DNA of 64,000 nucleotides from Dictyostelium discoideum (Eukaryota): NCBI GenBank assembly GCA_000004695.1, contig CM000151.3, positions 4,896,001 to 4,960,000 of the forward strand, read 5' to 3'. Shown piece by piece: positions 28,685 to 39,860 of this stretch (position 1 is its first letter; each line of letters starts with the position of its first letter). The notes under the pieces were generated by a model. It saw only the letters and a program-made list of their open reading frames with translations, ran no database searches and was not told where the DNA came from. The position numbers and the translations under genes were made by a program.

Positions 28685-28805
28685 TCCTAAATCATACCGA
28701 ATAACNNNNNNNNNNNNNNNNNNNNNNNNNNNNNNNNNNNNNNNNNNNNNNNNNNNNNNNNNNNNNNNNNNNNNNNNNNNNNNNNNNNNNNNNNNNNNNN
28801 NNNNN
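28685..28805. other. Assembly gap (121 N)
   Basis: Run of n characters. Confidence 1.
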
Positions 28806-28862
28806 ATTTTTTTTTTTTTTTTTTTTTTTCAGATCGGCCAGTAATTTAATTTTCAGAGTTCT

Positions 28863-29121
28863 TTATAAGTTGTACATTGGTCTAGTGAAAATGCTGTTAT
28901 AGTATTTATTTGTATCAGAGATTTGGTTGTTTTTATATGATAATTTTGATTCAACCATTATATTATTAGTTGTTAATTGTTTTGATTTAATAGATGAATT
29001 TAATAATTGATTTAATGAATCTGGATTTTTTTTAATAAAAAAAAAAAAACTGAATTAGAATATTAATTAAACTTTTTTTAAAAAAAAAAAAAAAAAAAAA
29101 ATAAAACTTACTGAATAACAT
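28863..29121 (-). CDS. Small split-gene peptide family member A (55 aa); complement(join(29112..29121,28863..29020))
   Basis: Micro-exon ATGTTATTCA, donor gtaagt, 85-nt AT-rich intron, acceptor ccag|a. Product: MLFNSLNQLLNSSIKSKQLTTNNIMVESKLSYKNNQISDTNKYYNSIFTRPMYNL. Stop is TAA. Confidence 0.55.
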
Positions 29122-29705
29122 TTTTTATTATTTTTTTTATTTATTTAAATTTAAAATAATTATATAGATGTTTATTTGTTTGAATAATGAATTAATAATT
29201 ATAAAAAAAAAATTTGTTTATATATTTTTTTTTTTTTTTTTTTTTCGTTTTTATTATTATTTTTAATTTTTTTATTTTTTAATTTTATTTTTTAATGAAA
29301 TTTTATAAGTTAGTACTAAAGTATTGATGAAAACATATTTGTAGTTTAAATGTCAACAACATATCAAGCTTGATTTTAAAAGGAAATCATTTTTTAAATT
29401 ATTTTTTTCCTTATAAAAAAATTATTTTATTACAAGTTACTTTAACCCCCACAAACACACACCAACACCATAAACTTACACAAGCCATAATATTTAATAT
29501 GAATTTCTATTATTCTGAACAAGTAATGGTAAATCATTATTTTAACATCACTATCTTATTTTTAACTTGTTATCGCCATTGACATTTTTTTTTTTAAAAT
29601 CATTTGGCCTCATTATAACAAGTATTTAATTCAAATATATATATATATTTTATAACAATTAATTATTCTATGAAAATTAAATATAATTTTTTTTTTTGTG
29701 TTTTG

Positions 29706-29741
<36 letters not shown>

Positions 29742-30005
29742 AAAAAAAAAACAAAACTATATAAAAATAAATCAACCTCTTTTCTGTGTTTTTAAAAAAA
29801 ATAAATCCAATTTAAAAAATATTATATTATATAACCAATTTAAAAATTTATTGTTTCATTATAAAATAAATAAATAAATAAAAGTAAAAAAAAAAAAAAA
29901 AAAAAATTAATTTTATAGCAATATAAATAAATAATTTTTATTATTTCAATTTTAAAGTCGACAAATTTTGAAAATTTTTTTTTAAATAAATAGTTATAAT
30001 TTAAT

Positions 30006-30259
30006 TTAAAAATTGTACATTTGAGGTCTGGTAAATAAAACTGCATTGTAATGAGTATTCTTTCCCGATGATTTGTTAATATCAAATGAAGTTTCAGTTG
30101 AAAATTTGGAAATATCTGATATTGTTGATTTATTTAATGAGGTAATTTGATTTAAAGATTCTATAATTAAGTGAAAAAAAAAAATAGTTAGTTTTAATTT
30201 TTTTTTTTTTTATTTTTTTTTTTAAAAAAAAAAAAAAGTTAAAACTTACTGAATAACAT
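30006..30259 (-). CDS. Small split-gene peptide family member B (54 aa); complement(join(30250..30259,30006..30160))
   Basis: ATGTTATTCA|gtaagt...tatag|. Product: MLFKSLNQITSLNKSTISDISKFSTETSFDINKSSGKNTHYNAVLFTRPQMYNF. Confidence 0.55.
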
Positions 30260-31051
30260 TTTTGATGATATATTTTCTAATTTTTTTATTATAAATAAAC
30301 TATATATGTTGAGTTTTATTTTTTAATTTTTAATGATTAAATGATTTAATGATTTAATGATTTAATAATTTAATGATTTTATAATTTATATTTTTAATTT
30401 TTATATATTTTTTTTTTTTAAAAATAAAATTCACCTTTAAGATATTTAATGATAGTAAAAGTGGAAATTTGTAATACCGAAAAAAAAAATAATGATAATT
30501 TTAATTTTATTATTATTTATAAAAAAAATATACAAGGATGAAATTTTAACAACACACTCTCACACTCACACACTCCACCTGAAAATTATTGTATTCGATT
30601 TTTTAAAATCTTAATTAAATATTAGTAAGTACAAGTAAGGTTATTAAAAAGAATTTTTGGATTAAACCCAATTTAATTTTTACAATACTTGTTATCATTG
30701 TTTATAATATTTTTTTACAAAAATAAATTAATATATATTTTAATATATCATTTATTTATACAACAAGTAAATCAAATAAATAAATATAAAAAATAAATAA
30801 AAAAACACACTATTTTTATTTTTTATTTTTATCATTTTTTAATTATATAAAAGTAATTTCAATGAATTATAATTCATATAATTTTTTATATTTTTTTTTT
30901 TTTTTTTTTTTTTTTAATAATAATTTAATAATAAATAAAAAACTTAACTAAAAAACTATATCAATTTAAAAACTATTTTTGTGATAATTTTAGATTGTTA
31001 ATTAATTTTATTTTTTATTTTATAATTTAATTTTATAATTTAAATTGATCT

Positions 31052-31086
<35 letters not shown>

Positions 31087-31227
31087 TTTATAATAAATAA
31101 TTAATAATTGTTTTTTTTTTTTTTTTTTTTTATTTTTCCCTTTTTAAAGTCGACCAATTTAATTTATAAAAATAATTTTTGATAAATCAGATTATGATTT
31201 TTTATTTTTTTAATTATTTAAAAAAAC

Positions 31228-31508
31228 CTTAAAAATTATACATTTGAGGCCTTGTGAAAATAACATTGTTGTAATGTCTACTTGTATTACAATTTGAATC
31301 ACTACTGAATTCAAATTGTTGAATGTTTTGTCCATTTTCAAAGTTTGCTAAAAACTCTGAAGAGTTTGAACTTGTTGATAAGGATGATGATGAATTTATT
31401 TGATTTAAAGATTCTGATTAAATTTTAGAAATATTAATTAATAAAATGATGCAAATTAAAAAAATTAGTTAACAACAAAATATATTTTTTACACATACTG
31501 AATAACAT
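31228..31508 (-). CDS. Small split-gene peptide family member C (64 aa); complement(join(31499..31508,31228..31412))
   Basis: ATGTTATTCA|gtatgt...aatcag|. Product: MLFKSLNQINSSSSLSTSSNSSEFLANFENGQNIQQFEFSSDSNCNTSRHYNNVIFTRPQMYNF. Confidence 0.55.
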
Positions 31509-32352
31509 TTTTTAAAAGATCTTTTTTTTTTTTTTTTTTTTTTTGATTAATTATAAAAATTAGACGATGGAGTTGAATTTTAGGATATAGAATTTGTTAA
31601 TGTTTATAAATGTTTTTTTTTTTTTTTTTTTTTTTTTGATTAATGTTTTGAATTAAAAAGTAAAAAATAAAATAAATTAAAATTATTTTATTTATTTATA
31701 TTAATTATAATGAGAAAATAATCATTTTTAAAAAAAATAGAAATTAAATTTGTAATTAAGTTATTGACCACACCAATCAAATGGGGTATATTTTTTAAAA
31801 TTAATTTTTTCTTTTTTTACTTAAAAAAAATAAATAAAAAATGATTTAACAAGTAAAAATTTATAACCCCTCTACTACAAGCAATCACAAATACAATAAA
31901 ATAGGGATAAAAACAGTACAACAAGGAAAGGTGTATATAACACAAAAAATTTAAGTAATAAAAATGTTTTTAAAATTTCATGCTTGCAATCACCATTGTT
32001 TATATTGTAAATTATTATTTATTATTTTTTTCTAATAAAAAAAAAAATAAAAAATAAAAAAATAAAAAATGAAAAAATAAATTAATTTATTTAAATTAGT
32101 TAATGTATGAATAATTTTAAAAAGGAAAAATAACAATTTTTTTAATAAATTTTTAGAGAGTTAATTTTTAAGAAATAAAAAAATACTTAAATTGGGACCT
32201 TGTTCCAAAGGTCCTTTTTTATTTAAAAAAAAAAAAAATAAAAAAATAAAAAAAAAAAAAATTTTATATAAATAATATTTAATTTTATTTTAATAATTGG
32301 TTTTTTAAAATTTTATATAGTCGGACAGTTTTGTATTTGTATTTTTAATTAA

Positions 32353-32612
32353 TTAAAAGCTATACATTTGTGGTCTTGTGAATACTGCTGCATTGTAATG
32401 TTTATTTGTTCCGACTGTTTCATTTAATTCATATAAACCAGAGGATTCAGATTGTTTATTAATTAAACCTGTTGATTTAATTAATGATGGTGATGATGAT
32501 AATAATTGATTTAATGATTCTAATTTTTTTTTTAAAAAAATATTAATATTAGTAATTATACTTTTTTTTTTTTTTTTTTTGTAAATAATAAAAAATACTT
32601 ACTGAATAACAT
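32353..32612 (-). CDS. Small split-gene peptide family member D (58 aa); complement(join(32603..32612,32353..32519))
   Basis: ATGTTATTCA|gtaagt...aattag|. Product: MLFKSLNQLLSSSPSLIKSTGLINKQSESSGLYELNETVGTNKHYNAAVFTRPQMYSF. Confidence 0.55.
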
Positions 32613-32863
32613 TTTTTAAAGGTGTTTTTTATAATTAATTAATAAATAAATAATAAATAATTGAAGTTAATTAATTTAATTTTAAATTAAGAAATGAAGA
32701 TATTAAAGAAAACTATAGTTTTTTAAATTTTTAGTTTTATTGTTTATTGTTAATTTTGTTTTTATTGTTAATGATTTAAAAAAAAAAAAAATTTCTATTT
32801 ATAATTATGATGTTTAGGAAGTGAAAATGGTGGTAATCCATATTTTTTAAATTTTAAAAAGTT

Positions 32864-32892
32864 AATTTGTAGTTTGTTGTTGACAACATATC
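32864..32892. promoter_or_regulatory. Conserved about 29-bp upstream motif AATTTGTAGTTTGTTGTTGACAACATATC, about 250 bp 5' of the ATG of small gene D. Near-identical copies lie at 36776..36804 (gene F) and 29337..29365 (gene A, variant).
   Basis: Three copies in AT-rich promoter regions, with an imperfect palindrome core GTTGACAAC. Confidence 0.4.
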
Positions 32893-32953
32893 TGTATTAC
32901 AATACATAATTAAAATTTATTTAATTTTGAATTAAATTTTTTCAAAAATCAGT

Positions 32954-32992
32954 ACACCCACACACTCACACACCACCAAGTATCCTCACCCT
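32954..32992. promoter_or_regulatory. CA-rich (GT-rich on the coding strand) G-box / CAE-like element upstream of small gene D. Analogous elements lie at 29445..29470, 30551..30580, 36864..36883 and 38779..38800, and 38096..38110 in the opposite orientation.
   Basis: acacccacacactcacacaccaccaagtatcctcaccc and similar sequences. They resemble the GBF-binding C-rich elements of Dictyostelium post-aggregative promoters. They are GC islands in a background of more than 85% AT. Confidence 0.35.
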
Positions 32993-33415
32993 TGTGTACA
33001 AGTATGAATGATATACATTTTTTAAAGCAAGTATAAATTAATAAATGATGATCAAGTAATGGAAATTTTAAAAAAAATAAAAAATATAAACAAAACAAAA
33101 AAATAAAAAAAAAGAAAAAATTTAACTTGTTTTAATTTTTGATTATATTTTTTTTTAATGTAATAAGATTTTAATGTAAAATTAAAAATTGAAAATATAT
33201 TATTTTATTTATTATAAAATTAAAAAACAAATAAAACCAAAATAAATAAAATAATACATAAAATATTTCTTTGAATATTTTTTTTTTTTTTTTTTTTAAA
33301 AAAAAAGTTTATTTTTAAATATATTAAAATAAATAATTCGGACATTGAATTTTTGAAAGTCTAATATTACATTGAATTTTTAAAAGTATAATTTAATAAA
33401 TTTTTAAAAAAATAT

Positions 33416-33589
33416 TTAAAAACAATAGCAAGGTTTAACAAAGAATAATGATTTTGCATATAAGTCTGTTGAACTAATTTCATTTTGTTTAAAGTTTAAT
33501 CCATTTTCATTTGTATTGGTATTTATTTTGTTAACCAAGTTTAATGGTTTTGAATTAATGATTTGACTAATTGATTCTATAAAATTTGG

Positions 33590-33623
<34 letters not shown>

Positions 33624-33704
33624 ATGGGTTTTATTAGTAATTGTTTTGGGTATGGTGATTACAATGATTAAGATCTTTGGAAGAAAATACATACTGAATA
33701 ACAT
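33416..33704 (-). CDS. Small split-gene peptide family member E (56 aa, variant C-terminus); complement(join(33695..33704,33416..33576))
   Basis: ATGTTATTCA|gtatgt...ttatag|. Product: MLFKSISQIINSKPLNLVNKINTNTNENGLNFKQNEISSTDLYAKSLFFVKPCYCF. Confidence 0.5.
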
Positions 33705-34403
33705 TTTATTTGGTTTTTTATTTTTATTTTTATTTTCAAAGTTTTTTAAATAAATAATTGTTTTTTGTTTTTATAAATGATTGGAAAAAAAAAAAAAAAA
33801 ATCCTATTTATATTAATTTTAAAAAAAAAAAAAGAATAAAATAAATCGTTTTTTTTTTTTCCAAAAAAATAATGATTTAACTAGTTCGATTTAGGGTTGT
33901 TTGTGGGTTATAAAATATTTTTTAATATTAAAAAAAAAAAAAAAATAAAAAAAAATAAAAGATCAGATAAATTGAGATGGTGTGGAAGTGAGAGAATAAT
34001 AATTATCAAGTATAATAACAAAATTGTTGATGTAATTTATATTCTATTATTTTCAAAGATCTTTGTACACCATAAACCAAAATGAGAATACCTTTAAAAG
34101 ATTCTTTTAAGAATTTGCTTTTTTTTTATTTTATTACTGAAAAAAAAAAAAAAAAAAAAAAAAACGTTCTTTTTTTTTTTTTTTTTTTTTGTTTTTTTTT
34201 TTTTTTGTTAAATAATAATAAAAATTGTTCAATATGATTTAATATTAAAAGATAACTTGTGGAAATAAAATTTATAAAAATAAAAAGAATAATTTTAATA
34301 TTAAAAAAAAAAAAAAAAAAGAGGGACAAATCAAAAATTTTATTATTAAAAAAAAAAAATAAAAAATGGAAAACCCATCTTTTTTTAACTTTTTATTATT
34401 CTA

Positions 34404-34443
<40 letters not shown>

Positions 34444-34621
34444 AAGGAACAGCTTTTTAAAAAAAATAATAATATATATTATATTATTATTTATAAAATA
34501 ACAACAATATTAAAGTTGTTTTAAAAAGATAAAAAAAAAAAAAAAGATAAAAAAAAAATAAATTTTTTTTTTTTTTTTTTTTTCCAGTTTCCAAATTTAA
34601 AATAATTTTTTTTTTTTTTTT

Positions 34622-35317
34622 TTAACCTAATAAACTTGAGAAATCATAAAATCTTTCAGAACGTGACCATACAATTTGATTTAAATGTCTAAATTGTCTA
34701 ATTCTATGGAATGGAATGGCTTCATCTAATTTTAATAACTCGACATCACATAAACCATCGAAACGATCTTCATAGGTAATGATAAAATCTTGAATTTTAT
34801 CTTTTAATTGTTCATCATGTAAAATTCTATTATAAACTTCAATACTTGATGGTAATCTTTCTTTTTTCTTTACATCAGTTTCTTTTTCAATAATTGATTT
34901 TACTTCTAATTTTGTTAATTTCTTTGTTTTATTATTATTTTCATCTGATAATTCATCATTTGATTCAGACTCTGATGGTGATTCTATAGCAGTAGTAGTG
35001 GTTGTAGTTGTTGGTGAAGTTGATAATTTATTTTCTTTTAATTGTTTAATTGCTAATTTCTTTGCTTTTTTATATTCAATTGCAGCTTTATAATCTTTAT
35101 CAGTTCTTGGAATTACTTGACCAGTTTTACAACTTGTATGACCAGAATTTAATTTATTTAAATTATTATTTAATTGATTAGTTTGTAATGAATAATCTTT
35201 ACCATCAATATATGTTTGATCATAATCATAATCTTCATCTTCACTGTCATTATCATAGGTAGTGAATTCTCTTTCATTTGAATAAGTTGGATATGAGAAA
35301 TAAATTGTTGTCGACAT
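34622..35317 (-). CDS. Hypothetical acidic/Ser-Thr-rich protein (231 aa), inverted paralog of 20421..21131
   Basis: Single ORF MSTTIYFSYPTYSNEREFTTYDNDSEDEDYDYDQTY.. with a C-terminal block (..KKLTKLEVKSIIEKETDVKKKERLPSSIEVYNRILHDEQLKDKIQDFIITYEDRFDGLCDVELLKLDEAIPFHRIRQFRHLNQIVWSRSERFYDFSSLLG) nearly identical to the + strand copy. It lies inside the small-gene array. Confidence 0.6.
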   Translation of the reverse strand: MSTTIYFSYPTYSNEREFTTYDNDSEDEDYDYDQTYIDGKDYSLQTNQLNNNLNKLNSGHTSCKTGQVIPRTDKDYKAAIEYKKAKKLAIKQLKENKLSTSPTTTTTTTAIESPSESESNDELSDENNNKTKKLTKLEVKSIIEKETDVKKKERLPSSIEVYNRILHDEQLKDKIQDFIITYEDRFDGLCDVELLKLDEAIPFHRIRQFRHLNQIVWSRSERFYDFSSLLG

Positions 35318-36273
35318 GATTATATATTTATATGTATTTATTTATTTAATATTAAATTATTTGTTTTTGTTTGTTTATTTACAATTGTTTTTAAAAAAAA
35401 AGATATTTATTTATATTTATATATTGGTTTTATTTAATATATTTGTTTAATTTGTTTTGTTTTTTTTTATTGAATGTTTTTTTTTTATTTTAATTTATAG
35501 AAAAAAAAAAATTATAAATTAGAATTTTAATTGTATTTTCTCATTTTTTTTCTTGAAAAACATGAGAAAACGAAACATTTGAGTTTCAAAGAAAAATTGA
35601 GAAAATTTGGTTAAAAATAAAAAAAAAATAAAAAAAAAAATGAAAAAAAAAATAAAAAAATTAAAAAAAAAAAATTAAAAAAAAAAAAAAAAAAAAAAAA
35701 ATTTAAAGAATCCAAAACCCACCTTCAGTGTAAAATAAAAATGAAACAAATAATCTTTTGAAATAATTTTTTTTTTTTTTTATTTTTCTTTTTTTAATTT
35801 TTTTTTTATAACTAAAGTATTTGGATAATCTGGAAAGCTACCACAGTGTTATTTATTTATTTTATTTTATTTTAAATAATAATTTAATTTTTTTTGAATA
35901 TTATTTTTTAACATTTTTTTAGTAAAATTAAAAATAAAACATTAAGAGTAGAGGGTATGAGCCTCGGTGAATATATCATTTCTATTGAAGTGCATTATTA
36001 ACGAATCCTCAGTATAATTGGAAAAATTGTGATGTGCCAAAAGATAATGATGAAATTGGAAAAGAAAAAAACAAATAAAACCATTACCAACTATTTTTTT
36101 TTTTTTTTTTGTTTTATATAAAATAAATAAATAATAATTAAAAAAAAAAAAAAAATCATTGAAATCTAGATTTATCTTAAAAAATTTTATTTTATTTTAT
36201 TTTTTTTAAAAATTATTTTAAAATAATGAGTCGCCCAAATAAAATTAAACATAATAATATCTATTAATTATTT

Positions 36274-36551
36274 TTAGAAACTATACATTTGTGGTCTTGT
36301 AAAGACTGCATTATTATAATGTTTATTTGTTCCAACAGTATTATTCATTTCAAATAAATTTGATAATTCATTAGAATTGATTGAAACTTGTACAATTTTA
36401 TTTGATGATGATGATGATGATGATGATGAAAATAATTGATTTAATGATTCTAAATTTAGAAAAAATAAAAAATATAATTTTAAAATTAATATATAATTAA
36501 TTTAATTAATAAAAATAAATTAGTAATAAATTAATACATACTGAATAACAT
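36274..36551 (-). CDS. Small split-gene peptide family member F (61 aa); complement(join(36542..36551,36274..36449))
   Basis: ATGTTATTCA|gtatgt...aaatttag|. Product: MLFKSLNQLFSSSSSSSSSNKIVQVSINSNELSNLFEMNNTVGTNKHYNNAVFTRPQMYSF. Confidence 0.55.
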
Positions 36552-37237
36552 TTTAATTTTTATTATATATTTTTTTTAATTAATAATTGAAGTTAATTTA
36601 AAAACTAATAATAGTATATATATTTTATTGTAATAGTTTTTTTTATTTGTTGTTGTTGATTTTGATTTTATTGTTGAATGATGATATAAAATTTTTTTTT
36701 TTTTCTATTTAAATAAAAAATCAAATTCAATTGAGGAAATGGTAGTTAAAAGTATTGTTTTAAAAATGATGGGATAATTTGTAGTTTGTTGTTGACAACA
36801 TATCTTAAACTACATGACTTTATTTAATTTTATTTAATTTTAATTTTAATTTTTATTTTTATTCACCCACTAACCCCACCAAGCAAAAAATCACGATACC
36901 TTTCACAAGTAAAAACGACTATATTTAGTTTATTTTTCACTTGTGGTAATATTTTAAAATATTTATATATATATATACTTATATATATAAAAATATAAAA
37001 GGGTAAAAGAGGGAAAATTAAATTTTAAAAATCATCATTTTTTAAATTTATATCCTGAATTTCATAACAATATTACCAAAACAATCTCATACTTGATTTT
37101 ATTCAATTATTTGATTACATTTATTTGGTATTAAATTTTATTTGTATCAAATTTAGTTTTCTCATTTTTTTAATAAAATATTTTATAATAAAATCGAAAA
37201 AGTAAAAGAAATAATAATAATAATAATAATTTTAAAA

Positions 37238-37280
<43 letters not shown>

Positions 37281-37431
37281 AATTGTTTTATTTTAGAATG
37301 AAAAAAAAAGATAGTTTATTTTTGATTTAATGATACAAATTTATTGAATTATTTTACATTTTTTAATTTTTAATTTTTTTTTTTCTTTAATTATTTCTTT
37401 TAAAAAAGAAAAATAACAATAATCATTATAA

Positions 37432-37697
37432 TTATAATTCAAAACAATAACTTGGTTTCACAAATAAAATTGATTTTGTTGTTATTCTTAATGAGTTGAT
37501 TTCATTTGAGTTATTTAAATAATTGTTAAAATCAATTGATACATTATTTATTTTATTATATTTAATTATTGAATTTGATTTAAAATTTTGATTTAATGAT
37601 TCTAAAAATTATGTTATATAAATATATATATATATATATATTAGTAAAAATATTAATTAAGATTAATTAATTTAATTTTTTACTTACTATATAGCAT
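37432..37697 (-). CDS. Small split-gene peptide family member G (59 aa, variant start MLY and variant C-terminus); complement(join(37688..37697,37432..37601))
   Basis: ATGCTATATA|gtaagt...tttttag|. Product: MLYKSLNQNFKSNSIIKYNKINNVSIDFNNYLNNSNEINSLRITTKSILFVKPSYCFEL. Confidence 0.5.
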
Positions 37698-38207
37698 TTT
37701 ATTTTTTATATTGTTTTTCTTTTTTTTTTAAAAAATTAAAATTTTTGGATATTTGTAGAATTGAGGTGAAATAAAATATAAATAAAAAAAATAAAAATTT
37801 TAATTTCTTTTTATAAATCAAAAAAAAAAATATATTAATATATATAAAAAATAATAATAATAATAATAAAAATAAATTAAAAATATTAAGTTTATTATTT
37901 CTTTTTTTTTTGAAAAAAGGGAAAAAAAAAAAAACTAAAATACAAGTATTGTAATTAAAATGTTGATGCAGTAAAATTAATTTATTTTTATTTAATCAAA
38001 TAATAAATGAAGAATAAAATAAAAATTAATAATTTTTAAAATTTCATACATTCCATAATAAAAAAAGTTTAAAAAATTTCTTAAACTAAAATTTGTGCGA
38101 GTGTGGGTGAAATAAATTATTTTTTTTTTTTTATTTTTTATTTTTTTATTTTTTTTATTTCTTGTTTTTACTTAATTTTTATTTTCTAAAATAAAAATTA
38201 TTCCTTA

Positions 38208-38267
<60 letters not shown>

Positions 38268-38268
38268 T

Positions 38269-38530
38269 TTAAAGATTTGTCCAAAACATTTGTGGTCTTG
38301 TAAAGACTGCACTAGCTTTTACTGATGATGATAAACTATTTTGAGAATATGAAATACTAGTTAAATCATTATTTTGATGATTAAAATTATTATTTAATTT
38401 ATTATATCCATTTATATTAATTACTTGGTTTATTGATTCTATTAATAAAAATAAAGATAAAAATTTTTTTATTAATATACAATTAATAATTTATAATTAA
38501 AAAAAAAAAATTGAACCTACTAAATAACAT
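38269..38530 (-). CDS. Small split-gene peptide family member H (59 aa); complement(join(38521..38530,38269..38438))
   Basis: ATGTTATTTA|gtaggt...taatag|. Product: MLFKSINQVININGYNKLNNNFNHQNNDLTSISYSQNSLSSSVKASAVFTRPQMFWTNL. Confidence 0.5.
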
Positions 38531-38841
38531 TTTTATAAATAAAGGATTATTATTATTATTAATTAAAATTTGAATTTATTGAATTGGAATTGAAATTCAA
38601 ATTTCAAAATAAAAAATAAACAAAAATATTGAAACTATAAAATATAATTATTTATTTATTATTTTTTTTTTTTTCTTTTATAACATTTTAAAAATTTAGT
38701 TTTTTATTTTTATTTTTTTTTTTAATACAATTATTTTAAAAATAATAAATAAAAAATAATAATTTCAAAGTACAACTTACCACCAAACACACAAACACAC
38801 AAAATATCCAATTAAAATTAACACGTATATCGTGTCAAATT

Positions 38842-38883
<42 letters not shown>

Positions 38884-39739
38884 GAAAAAAAGGGACTAGT
38901 GAATTTAAAAACAAAAGTATACTAATTATAGTATTTTGGAAATTATTTTTTATTTTTATTTTTATTTTTTATTTTATTTTTTTTTTTTAGCAACTGCAAA
39001 ATGGTATTTATTATTTTTTGTAATATTTTAATTTCATTGTATTCCCAATTATTTTTTTTACTTGGTATCTAAATTAAATAGGGGGTGGTGGGTTTACTTT
39101 ATTTGGATTGATAGTATGGATTTAAAAAAAATTATAAAATAAAATATTGTTCTTTTTAATTTTTCCTTTTTTTTTTTTTTTTTTGGTGGTAAAATAATTA
39201 GAATTACAAAATGGTGGTTGGTGGTTCTTATATTTTATTAAAATATCGTAAAATTCTAATAATTTTAAAAAACTTGGGTAAATTAAGATTTAATTATTTT
39301 AAAAGAAAAATAGTAATTTAAATTACCAAATATCATATGTCAACTAATAATTACAACCAATAATTTGGAAAAATTATCAAAAAAAAAAAAATATAATAAA
39401 AGAAAAGAAAATAATAAGTTTATTATTTATACTAAAATAAATTAAATGAAATAAATTAAATGAAATAAAATGAAATAAAATAAAAATAAAAAAAAAATAA
39501 TAACAAAATTTTAGAAGATTTTTGAACGACAAGTTTCAAAACCTTGATCTCACCCAATTAAATCTATTTTTCATTATTGACAAGGCTATAATAATAATAA
39601 TAATTGTAAAAATTGAGACTTTAAAAATAAAAAAATAAAAAAAAAAAAGTGGTTGATTTAAAAAATCATAATCGAGAAAATATATTTGTTAACCAATATT
39701 AAAATTCCCTTAAATTTATTTGAATAATTCTTCATCTCT

Positions 39740-39821
39740 TTATTTAAATGTGATTAATTCTACTTCAAAGACAAGTCTATAAAAAAATATATAAATGATT
39801 AATTCTACTTCAAAGACAGTC

Positions 39822-39860
<39 letters not shown>

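Noticed and set aside
28863-38530. Possibility that the small-gene array belongs to the hssA/2C/7E (HssA/B-like) family
   Set aside because: Those proteins are Gly/Ser/Cys-rich and about 90-100 aa with an MTLF/MTIL-type start. The peptides here lack Gly/Cys runs and have a different conserved C-terminus (FTRPQMYSF). Recalled from memory only, so a database check is still needed.
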